From the IMG/VR virus record IMGVR_UViG_3300023214_000244, positions 1 to 46,875 of that record: 46,875 nucleotides of DNA; one strand, 5' to 3'. This DNA comes from a virus (lineage: Duplodnaviria > Caudoviricetes). Both the position numbers and the translations under genes were made by a program. Below are positions 8,935-17,917 of the stretch, piece after piece. The notes under the pieces were generated by a model that saw nothing but the letters and a program-made list of their open reading frames with translations, had not been told where the DNA came from and ran no database searches. Every line of letters starts with the position of its first letter. The stretch's first letter is position 1.

Positions 8935-9237
8935 ATGACGATCACCCCCATCCAACTACCAACCCCCGACAGCCGCGAGCTACGCCTACGGCACATCTAC
9001 ATCGGCGGCGAAGACGTGGATTCTGCCGTCATGAAGGTCGCCTATGACGAGGTGCTGATTTCTGGCGGAGAAATCATCTCCCGACGTGACGCACCCGAGG
9101 GCATCCACACGACCGGCGTGGCCGAACACCTCGACGACACGATCACGATCGGCGGAAACCAGGTAACCCTGCAAACGGTTCTCCGCGCATTTCGGATGCA
9201 CGCCGACCAGATTCGCGACGCACTGCTGGCCGAGTGA
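8935..9237 (+). CDS. Hypothetical protein (possible fibre chaperone)
   Basis: AAAGG RBS; follows the fibre gene. Confidence 0.55.
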   Translation: MTITPIQLPTPDSRELRLRHIYIGGEDVDSAVMKVAYDEVLISGGEIISRRDAPEGIHTTGVAEHLDDTITIGGNQVTLQTVLRAFRMHADQIRDALLAE

Positions 9238-9273
9238 CCGACCAGCCAACCCCTTTTTCTACTCGGAGACACC

Positions 9274-9693
9274 ATGCATATCACGATGCGCCAAGCAAAA
9301 CTTCTTCACGACGCCTGCAGACAGCTGGACGGCTGGGAGGACGTGGTGGAGATCGACGGCGTGCAGAAGGTGTTGCTTCGCCCTTACGCCTTGACGTTCC
9401 AGGCACGGGTGGCTGTGGCCGACGTGTTGGTGGCCCTGGATCCCAAGGTGCGGGCTCTGGAGAACCATCGGAAGGACCTGGTGCGGACCTATTCGCAGGA
9501 CGGTAGTTCGGTGGCTGATGAGAGCGTGCAGAACTTTCGCGATCAGATGAAGCAGATCCTGGAGGAGGTCGTGGACGTGCCCCTGGGCAAGATCCGGGTA
9601 GCGGACCTGGGCGAGTCCAGCCCGATCCCGCCGAGCGTGCTGGCCGGGTTGGGGCCGCTGCTCAAGGAAGAGGAGGCCGTTGCGCATGACTGA
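9274..9693 (+). CDS. Hypothetical protein (fibre-assembly-associated type)
   Basis: GGAG RBS; helical; ends IPPSVLAGLGPLL as in small proteins that follow fibre genes. Confidence 0.6.
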   Translation: MHITMRQAKLLHDACRQLDGWEDVVEIDGVQKVLLRPYALTFQARVAVADVLVALDPKVRALENHRKDLVRTYSQDGSSVADESVQNFRDQMKQILEEVVDVPLGKIRVADLGESSPIPPSVLAGLGPLLKEEEAVAHD

Positions 9694-9955
9694 TGACACG
9701 CCGACGCGGATCAATCGCCTGGAGGGCGAGCTGTTGGGCGAGGTCCGGGCTATGCGCAAGGCGCTGTCCGAGACCATGGTCAAGCTGACGGAGCTGACGG
9801 CCTATCAGCGGACGCACGATGACCGGCTGCGGGCTTTGGAGCAAATGCGTCAGGAAGATCACAACCGTTGGGCGGGTATCTGGCCCGGCGTGATCGCGGG
9901 AACCTTGGCGGCGCTGATGGGCGCTGCCGTCATGCGGGCGATGGGGGGCGTGTGA
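9686..9955 (+). CDS. Coiled-coil plus C-terminal TM protein (holin/XhlA-like)
   Basis: Coiled coil then GIWPGVIAGTLAALMGAAVM. Confidence 0.55.
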   Translation: MTDDTPTRINRLEGELLGEVRAMRKALSETMVKLTELTAYQRTHDDRLRALEQMRQEDHNRWAGIWPGVIAGTLAALMGAAVMRAMGGV

Positions 9956-10569
9956 TGACTGAATGCGACGATCGACGCAGCGCGTTGCGTTGGCTGGCGT
10001 TGGCGCTGATCCTGGCCATGTTGGTGGGGCAATGCGGTTGCGTCAGCGTGGAGCAGCTGCAGTCAGTGCGGGAGCACCTGACCCGGGCCGAAGGACAGCT
10101 GGCGGAGATGGAGACCTACCGGGATGATGCCCGGCAGGCCCTGGAGCTGGCCAAACAGGTGGATGCCCAATTCGGCACCGATGCGACGCATGAGGCGGTG
10201 CAACGGGCCCAGCAGGCGCTGGCGGTGGCCGAGGAGGCGGTGCCGGCGACCAGGCAGACCGTCGAGCGGCTGCGGACGGGACTGTCGGACATGGAGCGCT
10301 CCATCGAACAGGGGGACAACTGGTGGGGTATTCTGGCGGCGGCGGCGGGGACCGTGCTGCCGGCGGCCGGGATCGCCATCGAGGGATTCCGCCGCAGTCG
10401 CAAGCGTTGGATCGAGACGGCCCGGCAGAATGCGCGGTACGGCGAGCGGGTGGAGCGGGTGCATCCGGACGACGGCGAGGGACTGGACCGGGTCAAGGCG
10501 CGGGCTCTGGTCGAGCAGGCGGCGGCCGGGGTCCATGACCTGGTGCAGGTCTCGCGAGGGAAGGCCTGA
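9955..10569 (+). CDS. Putative lipoprotein with coiled coil and second hydrophobic segment (spanin-like?)
   Basis: Signal LRWLALALILAMLVGQCGC with lipobox-like Cys; coiled coil; WWGILAAAAGTVL. Confidence 0.55.
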   Translation: MTECDDRRSALRWLALALILAMLVGQCGCVSVEQLQSVREHLTRAEGQLAEMETYRDDARQALELAKQVDAQFGTDATHEAVQRAQQALAVAEEAVPATRQTVERLRTGLSDMERSIEQGDNWWGILAAAAGTVLPAAGIAIEGFRRSRKRWIETARQNARYGERVERVHPDDGEGLDRVKARALVEQAAAGVHDLVQVSRGKA

Positions 10570-12488
10570 TGCCGCACGGACAACAACCGGGGACCGGACG
10601 CCAGAAGGAGGCCCAGGAGGTCCTGGGCATGATCTGCCGTGACCTGATCAAGGCCAGCACGGCGCGCATGGAGACGTGGCGCAAAGAAGGCGACGAGGTC
10701 ATGCGCTACTTCCACGCCAAGGACTTCAAGTTCGACTATCAGAGCATCGGCAAGGGGCTGAGCTTCGATAGCGGCGTGTCGAAGACCTGGGAGGCCTTTG
10801 CCACCCTGGCGCCGTTTCTCAATCCGCCCAATCCGGTGCGGGAGATCGAGGCCAAGGTCCAGGCACCGGAGGAGGCGATCCCGCGGCTGCAGGTGGTGGA
10901 GCGCTACCTGAACCACACGGTGCAGGAGACGGACTTTTACAAGCAGTCGCGACGGGCGATCCTGGACCTGCTGGGCTACGGTCGCGGGGTCATGTGGACC
11001 GGCGTGCATCCGCGCACGGGGCTGGTCACCTCTATGTGGGATTCGACGCTGAACCTGTTCGAGGATCCCAACGCGCTGGCCGAAGAGGACATTCTGTGGC
11101 AGGCCCGGCAGCGGGTGATCCCGCGTTTCGAGGCGATCCAGCAATATCCGGAGGCGCGGGAGAAGATCCGGCGCCTACCGAAGGCCGGGTCGCGATTTGG
11201 CGATCACGGCAGCGAGCGCCTGCCGCCGGATGCCAGCTATGACGCCGTGAAACTGTACGAAATCTGGATGATCACGGGGGCGCATCAGTTCAAGGGCGGT
11301 GGGCAGTTGCTCAGCATCCTGCGGGATTCCGGGGAGGCTATCGCCGGCACGGACGACGAGGGGCGCGGCAATGACGCGGCGGTGGACAATACGCCCCTGA
11401 AATACGTGGTGAGCGAAGACGGGCAGTTGATCGATGTCGGGCCGTGGGAAATCCCGTGGTATCAGGACAACCGCTGGCCGGCGGAGAAGGTCGTGGCCTA
11501 CGACCGCAGCGTGCAGGAGCCGGTCTCGCCGTTGTCGCCGGCGCTCCCCTATCAGCGGGCGCTGAATTGGATCGTGGCTTTGACGATGGGCCGCTTTCGG
11601 GTGACGGCGCGGTTGATCATGGCGGTGAAGACGCAGAAGGGTCGCAGCGTCGACAGCAAGGCACTGCAGCGCTGGGTCATGGGGGACGACATGGAGGCGA
11701 TCCGGGCGGAGTTCCCGGGGCCCGAGATGGGGAAGCTCAGCGATTACCTGGAGACCTTCAAGTGGGACAATGGCTGGCTGAATGAGGCGGCCAGCTTTAT
11801 GGAACTCATGGAACGCAAGTTCGAGTCGTCCTCGGGCATGTCGCGGTTTTTGCAGTTCGGTGAAGGCCAGACCCAGGACCGCAGTGCCAGGGCGACGCAG
11901 CTGCGCGAGCAGACGGTCTTCAACCGGATCGATGACATGAAGGAGCAGGTCACCGACTGGCACAGCCGGCTGGCCCGCAAGGAGGCGGTGGCGCTGCAAT
12001 TCTTGAAGGATCGGGATCACATTCGCGGGCTCTTCGGCGATCAGGCGGCGGAGCAATACGGCTTTTTGGCGCAACCGGAGCAGAAGGATCCCCGATTCTG
12101 GATGAAGATGTTCGTTCAGGGTGGGCTGCCGCCGGAACAGGCCGAGCAGGAGGCCCTGTTGCGGGCTGCCCAGGCCTTCACGTTGCAGGACGTATTCAAC
12201 GAGGCGTCCTATGGCATCGAGACCGGCGAGGGGCGCCGGCTGGATCGCGAGCGTCAGATAGACGTGCTGCGGGAGTTGCACAACCAGGTGGTGCCGACGC
12301 AGCTGCAGAGCCCGGTGCCGCAGGAGCGGGCCATGGGGTATCAGGCGACGGCCGAGTTGTACGAGAAGCTGGGCCTGGATGCGCGGCTGGTGAAGATTTA
12401 CCGGGACTTCGCCCAGCAGTTGCAGGAGACACCGGCGCAACAGCCCGAGCCTGCTCCTGGGCCCGGGGCGGAAGTGGAGGCGGTATGA
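10569..12488 (+). CDS. Portal protein
   Basis: 639 aa; DLLGYGRGVMWTG and SGMSRF..G....RSARAT motifs of P22/T7-type portals; synteny. Confidence 0.8.
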   Translation: MPHGQQPGTGRQKEAQEVLGMICRDLIKASTARMETWRKEGDEVMRYFHAKDFKFDYQSIGKGLSFDSGVSKTWEAFATLAPFLNPPNPVREIEAKVQAPEEAIPRLQVVERYLNHTVQETDFYKQSRRAILDLLGYGRGVMWTGVHPRTGLVTSMWDSTLNLFEDPNALAEEDILWQARQRVIPRFEAIQQYPEAREKIRRLPKAGSRFGDHGSERLPPDASYDAVKLYEIWMITGAHQFKGGGQLLSILRDSGEAIAGTDDEGRGNDAAVDNTPLKYVVSEDGQLIDVGPWEIPWYQDNRWPAEKVVAYDRSVQEPVSPLSPALPYQRALNWIVALTMGRFRVTARLIMAVKTQKGRSVDSKALQRWVMGDDMEAIRAEFPGPEMGKLSDYLETFKWDNGWLNEAASFMELMERKFESSSGMSRFLQFGEGQTQDRSARATQLREQTVFNRIDDMKEQVTDWHSRLARKEAVALQFLKDRDHIRGLFGDQAAEQYGFLAQPEQKDPRFWMKMFVQGGLPPEQAEQEALLRAAQAFTLQDVFNEASYGIETGEGRRLDRERQIDVLRELHNQVVPTQLQSPVPQERAMGYQATAELYEKLGLDARLVKIYRDFAQQLQETPAQQPEPAPGPGAEVEAV

Positions 12489-12688
12489 GCGTCAAGGACG
12501 AGCTGTGGGAATTGCTGGTGGAGCATGCCGGAAAAGACGGTCTGACCCAGCCTGAGCTGAACGAATTGATGGAGGCGTTGATGGACGTGGCCAGGCGCAT
12601 GCCTGATTCGGACCCCCTGCTGCGTTGGGGTCAGCCCAATCAGGTGGGAGTGAAGGGACAGAGCCTTCCGTGGGGAGCAACCTCATGA
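12485..12688 (+). CDS. Hypothetical protein
   Basis: GGAGG RBS, ATGA overlaps. Confidence 0.55.
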   Translation: MSVKDELWELLVEHAGKDGLTQPELNELMEALMDVARRMPDSDPLLRWGQPNQVGVKGQSLPWGATS

Positions 12689-12993
12689 GCAAGCGTGTGC
12701 GTAAGGTCTTCAGCAACCCCGTGCGGTACGAGCGGATGGGGCCCGGCGGCTGGGAGCCGATCACCGAGGAGGCGTTTCACGAATTGATGCCGAAGAAGGA
12801 CATCGATTACGCGGCCGGCGAGATGCCCGGCGTGCATGGGGACTACACCGATTGGTGTCGGGAGAACGGCGGCCGGGGGCGCTATTGCCCGCAGGCGGCC
12901 CGCCACCCGGGCGATGAGCGGGCCTATTTCCCGGATCGCAAGACCCTGATCGACTGGGGTAAAAACAAGGGCTATGGGGTCGAGGTGGATTGA
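12685..12993 (+). CDS. Hypothetical protein
   Basis: ATGA overlap; between portal and scaffold. Confidence 0.55.
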   Translation: MSKRVRKVFSNPVRYERMGPGGWEPITEEAFHELMPKKDIDYAAGEMPGVHGDYTDWCRENGGRGRYCPQAARHPGDERAYFPDRKTLIDWGKNKGYGVEVD

Positions 12994-12998
12994 GCCCA

Positions 12999-13038
12999 TA
13001 AAAAAAGGCCACCTGCAGGAGGACTGACAGGCGGCCTT
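12999..13038 (-). terminator. Minus-strand intrinsic terminator inside the plus-strand head operon
   Basis: AAGGCCGCCUG-loop-CAGGUGGCCUU-UUUUU; a G.U pair works only on the minus strand. Confidence 0.55.
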
Positions 13039-13151
13039 GGGAGTAACCCGATCCCTTGGGGGGCAGGTCATCGACCAGCTTGGCCTTGCGGCACGTCGCT
13101 GCAAGGACCGCTTGCTGGACAGGATTGACAACCAACAGGGAGCCCCCTACT

Positions 13152-14318
13152 ATGTCCGACGAATCGACCGCCGACCCGGCAGCCCATGACACGGGAGCCA
13201 CTTCCGAAAGTGAAGTTGCCAGCCCGGACCTGGGACCTGGTCAGCAGGAAGAGCCCGCCGAGCCGGGAGCCGTCAGTGGAGCCGATGAGGCGGAGGCGTT
13301 TGACCTCCGCGAGGCCCTGACCGCCAGCCTGGAGGCGAACACCACCGACACCGCGGAAGAGTCCGGCGAGCAGGCCGGCGAGCCCGATGGCCGGCAGACC
13401 CCTGAGGGGGAGGCGGCCGGGGGCGAGCAGAAACCTGCCGAGCCCGAACAGCAGACCGCGAATCGCTTTGACAATCTGACTCCCGAAGAGGCGATCCAGC
13501 AGCTCCGCCAGTACGATGAGGAGTTGCACGACATCAAGAGCCGGTATGGCCGGCAGCGGTCGGAGATCGGCCAACTGCAGGAGCAGCTGCAGTCCTACGG
13601 AGGCGTCCAGCCACAGCAGCTGGAGGCCCTGGTCCAGGCACAGCAGCGACAGGCCGAGTTGCAACGGCTCAAGCCCTGGAACCAGGGGCATCCCGAGCAC
13701 GGCGGCTTTGCCAAGCTCCTGCAGAAGGTCCACAGGGACGAGCAGCTCATGGCTCGGGCGACGCCTGAGACCCAGGAGGCACTGCAGTCGACCCTGCAAG
13801 CCGATTACTCAGCGGAGGAGCGCCAGCTGCTCCAAGAGTATTACCAGCACCGTTCCGATGTTCAGCAGGAGTTCGCCGCCGATCCGGATGGCTATATCCA
13901 GTCCCGGGTGCAGGCCGTGGTGGACCAGATGGTCCCGCAATACTTTTCTCAGTACGAGAATTGGAACCACGCCAAGGCGGAGAATCATCGCTTCTTCAAT
14001 GACCCGGATAACAAGCCGCTGATCGACAAGTATCAGAGCGACATGGTCCAGGTCATGGAGTCGGGCGGGAACCACAACCTGGCGCTGGAACATGCCCGGT
14101 TGAAAGCGGAAGTGGACAAGCTGCGCGAGCAGTTGGGCCAAAGCGCGGAGAAGGTGGCCACGGCCGATGCGCAACAGCAGTCGCTGAACAAGCGCTCTAC
14201 CGTCAGGCGGGATTCGCCGGTCCAAGCGACCGCCGAAGATCCCGTCGAGGCAGGGCGCAAGCAGGGCTTGAAGGGCCCCGACCTTGTTCGGTATCTGCAG
14301 GATCGCCAGGCCGGCTGA
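13152..14318 (+). CDS. Capsid scaffolding protein
   Basis: Acidic disordered N-terminus and coiled coils; immediately upstream of the capsid gene. Confidence 0.75.
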   Translation: MSDESTADPAAHDTGATSESEVASPDLGPGQQEEPAEPGAVSGADEAEAFDLREALTASLEANTTDTAEESGEQAGEPDGRQTPEGEAAGGEQKPAEPEQQTANRFDNLTPEEAIQQLRQYDEELHDIKSRYGRQRSEIGQLQEQLQSYGGVQPQQLEALVQAQQRQAELQRLKPWNQGHPEHGGFAKLLQKVHRDEQLMARATPETQEALQSTLQADYSAEERQLLQEYYQHRSDVQQEFAADPDGYIQSRVQAVVDQMVPQYFSQYENWNHAKAENHRFFNDPDNKPLIDKYQSDMVQVMESGGNHNLALEHARLKAEVDKLREQLGQSAEKVATADAQQQSLNKRSTVRRDSPVQATAEDPVEAGRKQGLKGPDLVRYLQDRQAG

Positions 14319-14349
14319 ATCGCTCAACCTCTGACCGAAAGGAACTCCC

Positions 14350-15567
14350 ATGCCGGGATCCACGCCAAGCCCACAGGAATACTCGTCCCTCGTTGACGAG
14401 GTCGTCACCCAGCAGTTCATGCGGGGCGAGTGGGACAATACCAAGGAAATCCATGCCATCTTCGAGGAACTCGACCGGGCCGGTCGGATCCGAATGGATG
14501 GCAAGGGTAAGTTCATCGAACAAAAAGCCCGTGTCGGGCGCTACCAGAAGGGTCAACGGGCCGACCTGGAAGACCGCAACTGGTCCCGCAAGCAGCACCG
14601 CATCACCTACACCTGCGGATGGTCCTTCCATGAGGTGCTGGGGGTCATCTCGGAGCGGGACAAGATGTTCCTGCAGTCGGGCGGCCCCGAGGTCATCGTG
14701 GATACCACGGCCGACATGCTGAGCCTCATGGGCCAGGATTTCACCGTGGCCATGAACGACGACGTGATGAAGTCCAACGCTGGCAGCAATGCCGTCTTCG
14801 GACAGGCTGCGTCCAGCTCCAGCGAGACCCCGCTGCAGGGACTGCCGACCATCTTCGAGTATGGCTCGGCGGCCCAGGACTACGACCACATCGCCAAGAC
14901 CACCAGCGGCGCGATCGGGGCGGGTGACAAGGAGGCGTTGCCGCAGGCGACCTACTGCGGGGTGAACACCAACCCTACGGCGACCCTGTCCGGGGTCGAT
15001 GATGCGGTGACCGAGGCCACCAGCCCGATCCTGGCCAACTGGTCTTCGACGGCTTGGGATGGGTCTAGCACCAGCTGGGAAGACAACTGCCTGCGTGTGC
15101 TCAGTCACATGATCAACCGCCAGACCCGCGGCAACGGCAGCACCGAGCGTCCCAATATCGGCTTTCTGGACCAAGACATGTTCAGCCAGCTGAAGACCAA
15201 GATGCGCAGCGATACGACCCAGCAGGTCGTGCTGACCGACAGTCCGACTTCGCCGGATGTCGGGATGCACCCGAGGCTGTGGGTGCCCTTCGAGGGCCTG
15301 CGCATGTATCAGGATCTGGACGCTCCGGACGACACGGTCTATGTGCTCAACACCAACTACCTCTGGTTCCGGATCTTTCCGCAGCAGCCCGCGGGCTTCA
15401 CCAGCGGCGGCTCTTCGACGGCCCCTCTGAAGGGAAACAAGAAGGAGATGTTCTCGGTGGCGCAGAGTCCGGACATCAACCAGGGGGGCCACAAGGTCGT
15501 CGCGACGCTGGTTTGCCAGCTGATCGGCAACCCCCGTTACCAGGGCGCGGCGTTCGACTTCGCCTGA
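14350..15567 (+). CDS. Major capsid protein
   Basis: 405 aa; AAGGA RBS; LQGL..I motif and C-terminal DTVYVLNTNYL...QLIGNPRYQG typical of HK97-fold capsids; synteny. Confidence 0.8.
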   Translation: MPGSTPSPQEYSSLVDEVVTQQFMRGEWDNTKEIHAIFEELDRAGRIRMDGKGKFIEQKARVGRYQKGQRADLEDRNWSRKQHRITYTCGWSFHEVLGVISERDKMFLQSGGPEVIVDTTADMLSLMGQDFTVAMNDDVMKSNAGSNAVFGQAASSSSETPLQGLPTIFEYGSAAQDYDHIAKTTSGAIGAGDKEALPQATYCGVNTNPTATLSGVDDAVTEATSPILANWSSTAWDGSSTSWEDNCLRVLSHMINRQTRGNGSTERPNIGFLDQDMFSQLKTKMRSDTTQQVVLTDSPTSPDVGMHPRLWVPFEGLRMYQDLDAPDDTVYVLNTNYLWFRIFPQQPAGFTSGGSSTAPLKGNKKEMFSVAQSPDINQGGHKVVATLVCQLIGNPRYQGAAFDFA

Positions 15568-15589
15568 AGCCTGAGAAAGGAGCAGAATC

Positions 15590-16120
15590 ATGGGAACGAA
15601 CAATGACATCCTGCCACTCGGCCTCGGCCAGAAGTCCAGCAATGACGCCCTGGAGGGCTTGCTGGGTCGGCACTACATCGATGACGAGGGACGACGGATC
15701 AAGCTGGTGCGGGCGAATACCGCCATCGCCAGCCCGGCATCCAAGGCCCTCGTCTATGTGGTGACTGGCGGCGCCTACAACAACAAGGTCAAGCTCAGCA
15801 GCTCGGCGAATGAAAACCATTTCGCCGGGATCGCTGATCCCAGCCAGTCGGAAAACCTGGCGGCCGATGACTTCTTCTATGTCTACGACGGCGAAGGGGA
15901 CGTAGTCGACGTGATCGGGGCGACCACGGGCATCGCGGCCGGTGAGTTGCTGGGGACCGTCACGACCGCTGGCAGCCTGGATGAAGTGCTGTCCGGGGCG
16001 GTGACCACGTCGGCGACGGTGGGTGATCTGATCACCCTGGCCAACCATGTGGGCAAGGCGCTGGCGGCGCCGGCTTCGGCCGGGGCGACCGTGAAGTGCC
16101 AGCTGCGCGGGGTGGTGTGA
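15590..16120 (+). CDS. Capsid decoration/cement protein
   Basis: Small A/G/T-rich protein after the capsid gene; AAGGAG RBS. Confidence 0.6.
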   Translation: MGTNNDILPLGLGQKSSNDALEGLLGRHYIDDEGRRIKLVRANTAIASPASKALVYVVTGGAYNNKVKLSSSANENHFAGIADPSQSENLAADDFFYVYDGEGDVVDVIGATTGIAAGELLGTVTTAGSLDEVLSGAVTTSATVGDLITLANHVGKALAAPASAGATVKCQLRGVV

Positions 16121-16329
16121 CCCGCCTGAAGGAAACGGATCTGTTTCCCGAGCTGCGGTCCCTGCAGCGGAAGGCCTATCGCGCCTTACCGTTGCAGGGA
16201 CGCATCTTGTTGCGGTGCAATGCGGCCCTCGGCAGTCCGGAGGCGCTCAGAGCGCTGCAGTTTGAGGGGGTGATTGGTGAGCGGACCGATGTCCGCGAGG
16301 CCTACGACGCGATCCTGGGGAGGCTGTGA
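16117..16329 (+). CDS. Hypothetical protein
   Basis: GTGA overlap. Confidence 0.45.
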   Translation: MTRLKETDLFPELRSLQRKAYRALPLQGRILLRCNAALGSPEALRALQFEGVIGERTDVREAYDAILGRL

Positions 16330-17730
16330 ATGCATTGTGTGATCGGCGTGGGGGATGGTCAGCGGGTAGCTGAGCTGCAGGCCTCGGGCGAGCGGGTGGT
16401 CGCCTTGAGTTTGTGCGAGGAACAGGCGCCGAAGAATGTGGAGACTTACGCCGTGCGTTCGGGCCATGATGCCCGGACCGCGGCGTGTCTTTTGTTTGGC
16501 ACGCATGTGTCGGCGGTGGACCTGGTGGACGCGGTGTTCCACGTAGAACATTCGGTGGGTCGGCTGGAAGAGTATCGGCAGCGGGTGCTGCAGGAGTTCT
16601 TTCGCTCGTTGGAGAGCGTCCCACACGTCTGGGGCAATTCGACCATCGATGGCCTGTGCGGCCTGGTCAACGTGGCTACGAATGCGGAGCAGCTACTGGG
16701 TTGCCCTGGGTTGCGTCGGGTGACGGATGCGCCGGCCATTGCGGTCGGCGCCGGTCCGAGTCTGGGCGATCACCTGGACGAGTTGCGGGAGCTGTCGCGG
16801 AGCTGTGTGATCGTGGCCTGCGATGCGGCGCTGCGTCCGCTGTGCGAGGCCGGCGTCACGGTGCATGCCGTCACGCCCTTGGAGCGGCTCAACAGCACGG
16901 CGGCGAAGATGGCCGAGGGGACGGCGCAGCTCTACGCGGGCACGCCCGTGGTGCCGCCAGCGGCGGTGCGGGGGTGCGAGCAGTACGCCTACGTGCCGCA
17001 AGGGGACGGGCTCTACGACTGGCTGGAACGCCGGGCGCCGCGGCCCTACGTGGGATCGACCTCGGGCAGCATGGCGGTCGCGGTGGCATTGGCTCTGACC
17101 AATGGGCCGTTGTACCTGGTGGGCCTGGACCTGTGCCCGGACGGGGCACAGACGCACGTTGACGGGGCCGCTTCGGCCGAGCACTTCGATTTGGGACACA
17201 GTGCGGTGGTCCGGCACAACGGGGGCGGCGCGGTGCGGACGCGCTTCGACTGGGCCCGGTCGGCTACCGAGATCAGCACCATGATCCACGGACGCCGGGC
17301 GGCCAATGTCGGCGCGGCGGAGGGGCGCGGGGTGCTGATCCCTGGCACGGTGCCCGAACGGCTGCCCAGCGGCCTGCCCGACATGGAGGCCATTCAGTGG
17401 CCCGATGAATACGATTCGGTACCGAACCAGACGTGGTGCGACCGGGCCCGCCATCTGGGAAGCGACTGGCTGGACCTGGTCAACAACGTCTGCTTTCTGA
17501 AAGAATTGTCCGGTCTCCAACTGGATGTTTTGATGCCGAAGCGTAACGTGGACGCGGTGTCCTACTTGCTGCGGCCCTTGCTGGCCCAGTTGTCGGTAGA
17601 GCGACGGCTGGGGCGTGACGAGAGGCAGCTGTTGGGGGTGGCTCAAGAGCGGCTGGCGAACATGACCGAGCAGTGCCTGGACGTGCTGGAGGAGGTGGCG
17701 GATGTCGCTGCGTGCGGCTTTTCCCGATGA
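16330..17730 (+). CDS. Maf/DUF115 (MptE-like) family protein, putative glycosyltransferase
   Basis: AIAVGAGPSL, VIVACDAAL..L...GV..H.V...E, GSTSGSMAVAVALAL..PLYLVGLDL. Confidence 0.75.
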   Translation: MHCVIGVGDGQRVAELQASGERVVALSLCEEQAPKNVETYAVRSGHDARTAACLLFGTHVSAVDLVDAVFHVEHSVGRLEEYRQRVLQEFFRSLESVPHVWGNSTIDGLCGLVNVATNAEQLLGCPGLRRVTDAPAIAVGAGPSLGDHLDELRELSRSCVIVACDAALRPLCEAGVTVHAVTPLERLNSTAAKMAEGTAQLYAGTPVVPPAAVRGCEQYAYVPQGDGLYDWLERRAPRPYVGSTSGSMAVAVALALTNGPLYLVGLDLCPDGAQTHVDGAASAEHFDLGHSAVVRHNGGGAVRTRFDWARSATEISTMIHGRRAANVGAAEGRGVLIPGTVPERLPSGLPDMEAIQWPDEYDSVPNQTWCDRARHLGSDWLDLVNNVCFLKELSGLQLDVLMPKRNVDAVSYLLRPLLAQLSVERRLGRDERQLLGVAQERLANMTEQCLDVLEEVADVAACGFSR

Positions 17731-17917
17731 CAATCCGGCCCGCTGGGCGGCGCGGCTCTTCTCGGCCAGCATCCAAGCCAACGCCCTGGTAGAGCTGGGA
17801 TTCGAGGAGCACCTCAACGACTATGAGCCGCGGGAGCTGCGGCTGATCGCGTCACAGTTGCCCGAGCCGTTGCGCGGGCGGCTGGAGGCCTTCGCCGGCC
17901 AGAAGGAGGCGGCATGA
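17702..17917 (+). CDS. Hypothetical protein
   Basis: GGAGG RBS; ATGA overlap with next gene. Confidence 0.5.
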   Translation: MSLRAAFPDDNPARWAARLFSASIQANALVELGFEEHLNDYEPRELRLIASQLPEPLRGRLEAFAGQKEAA

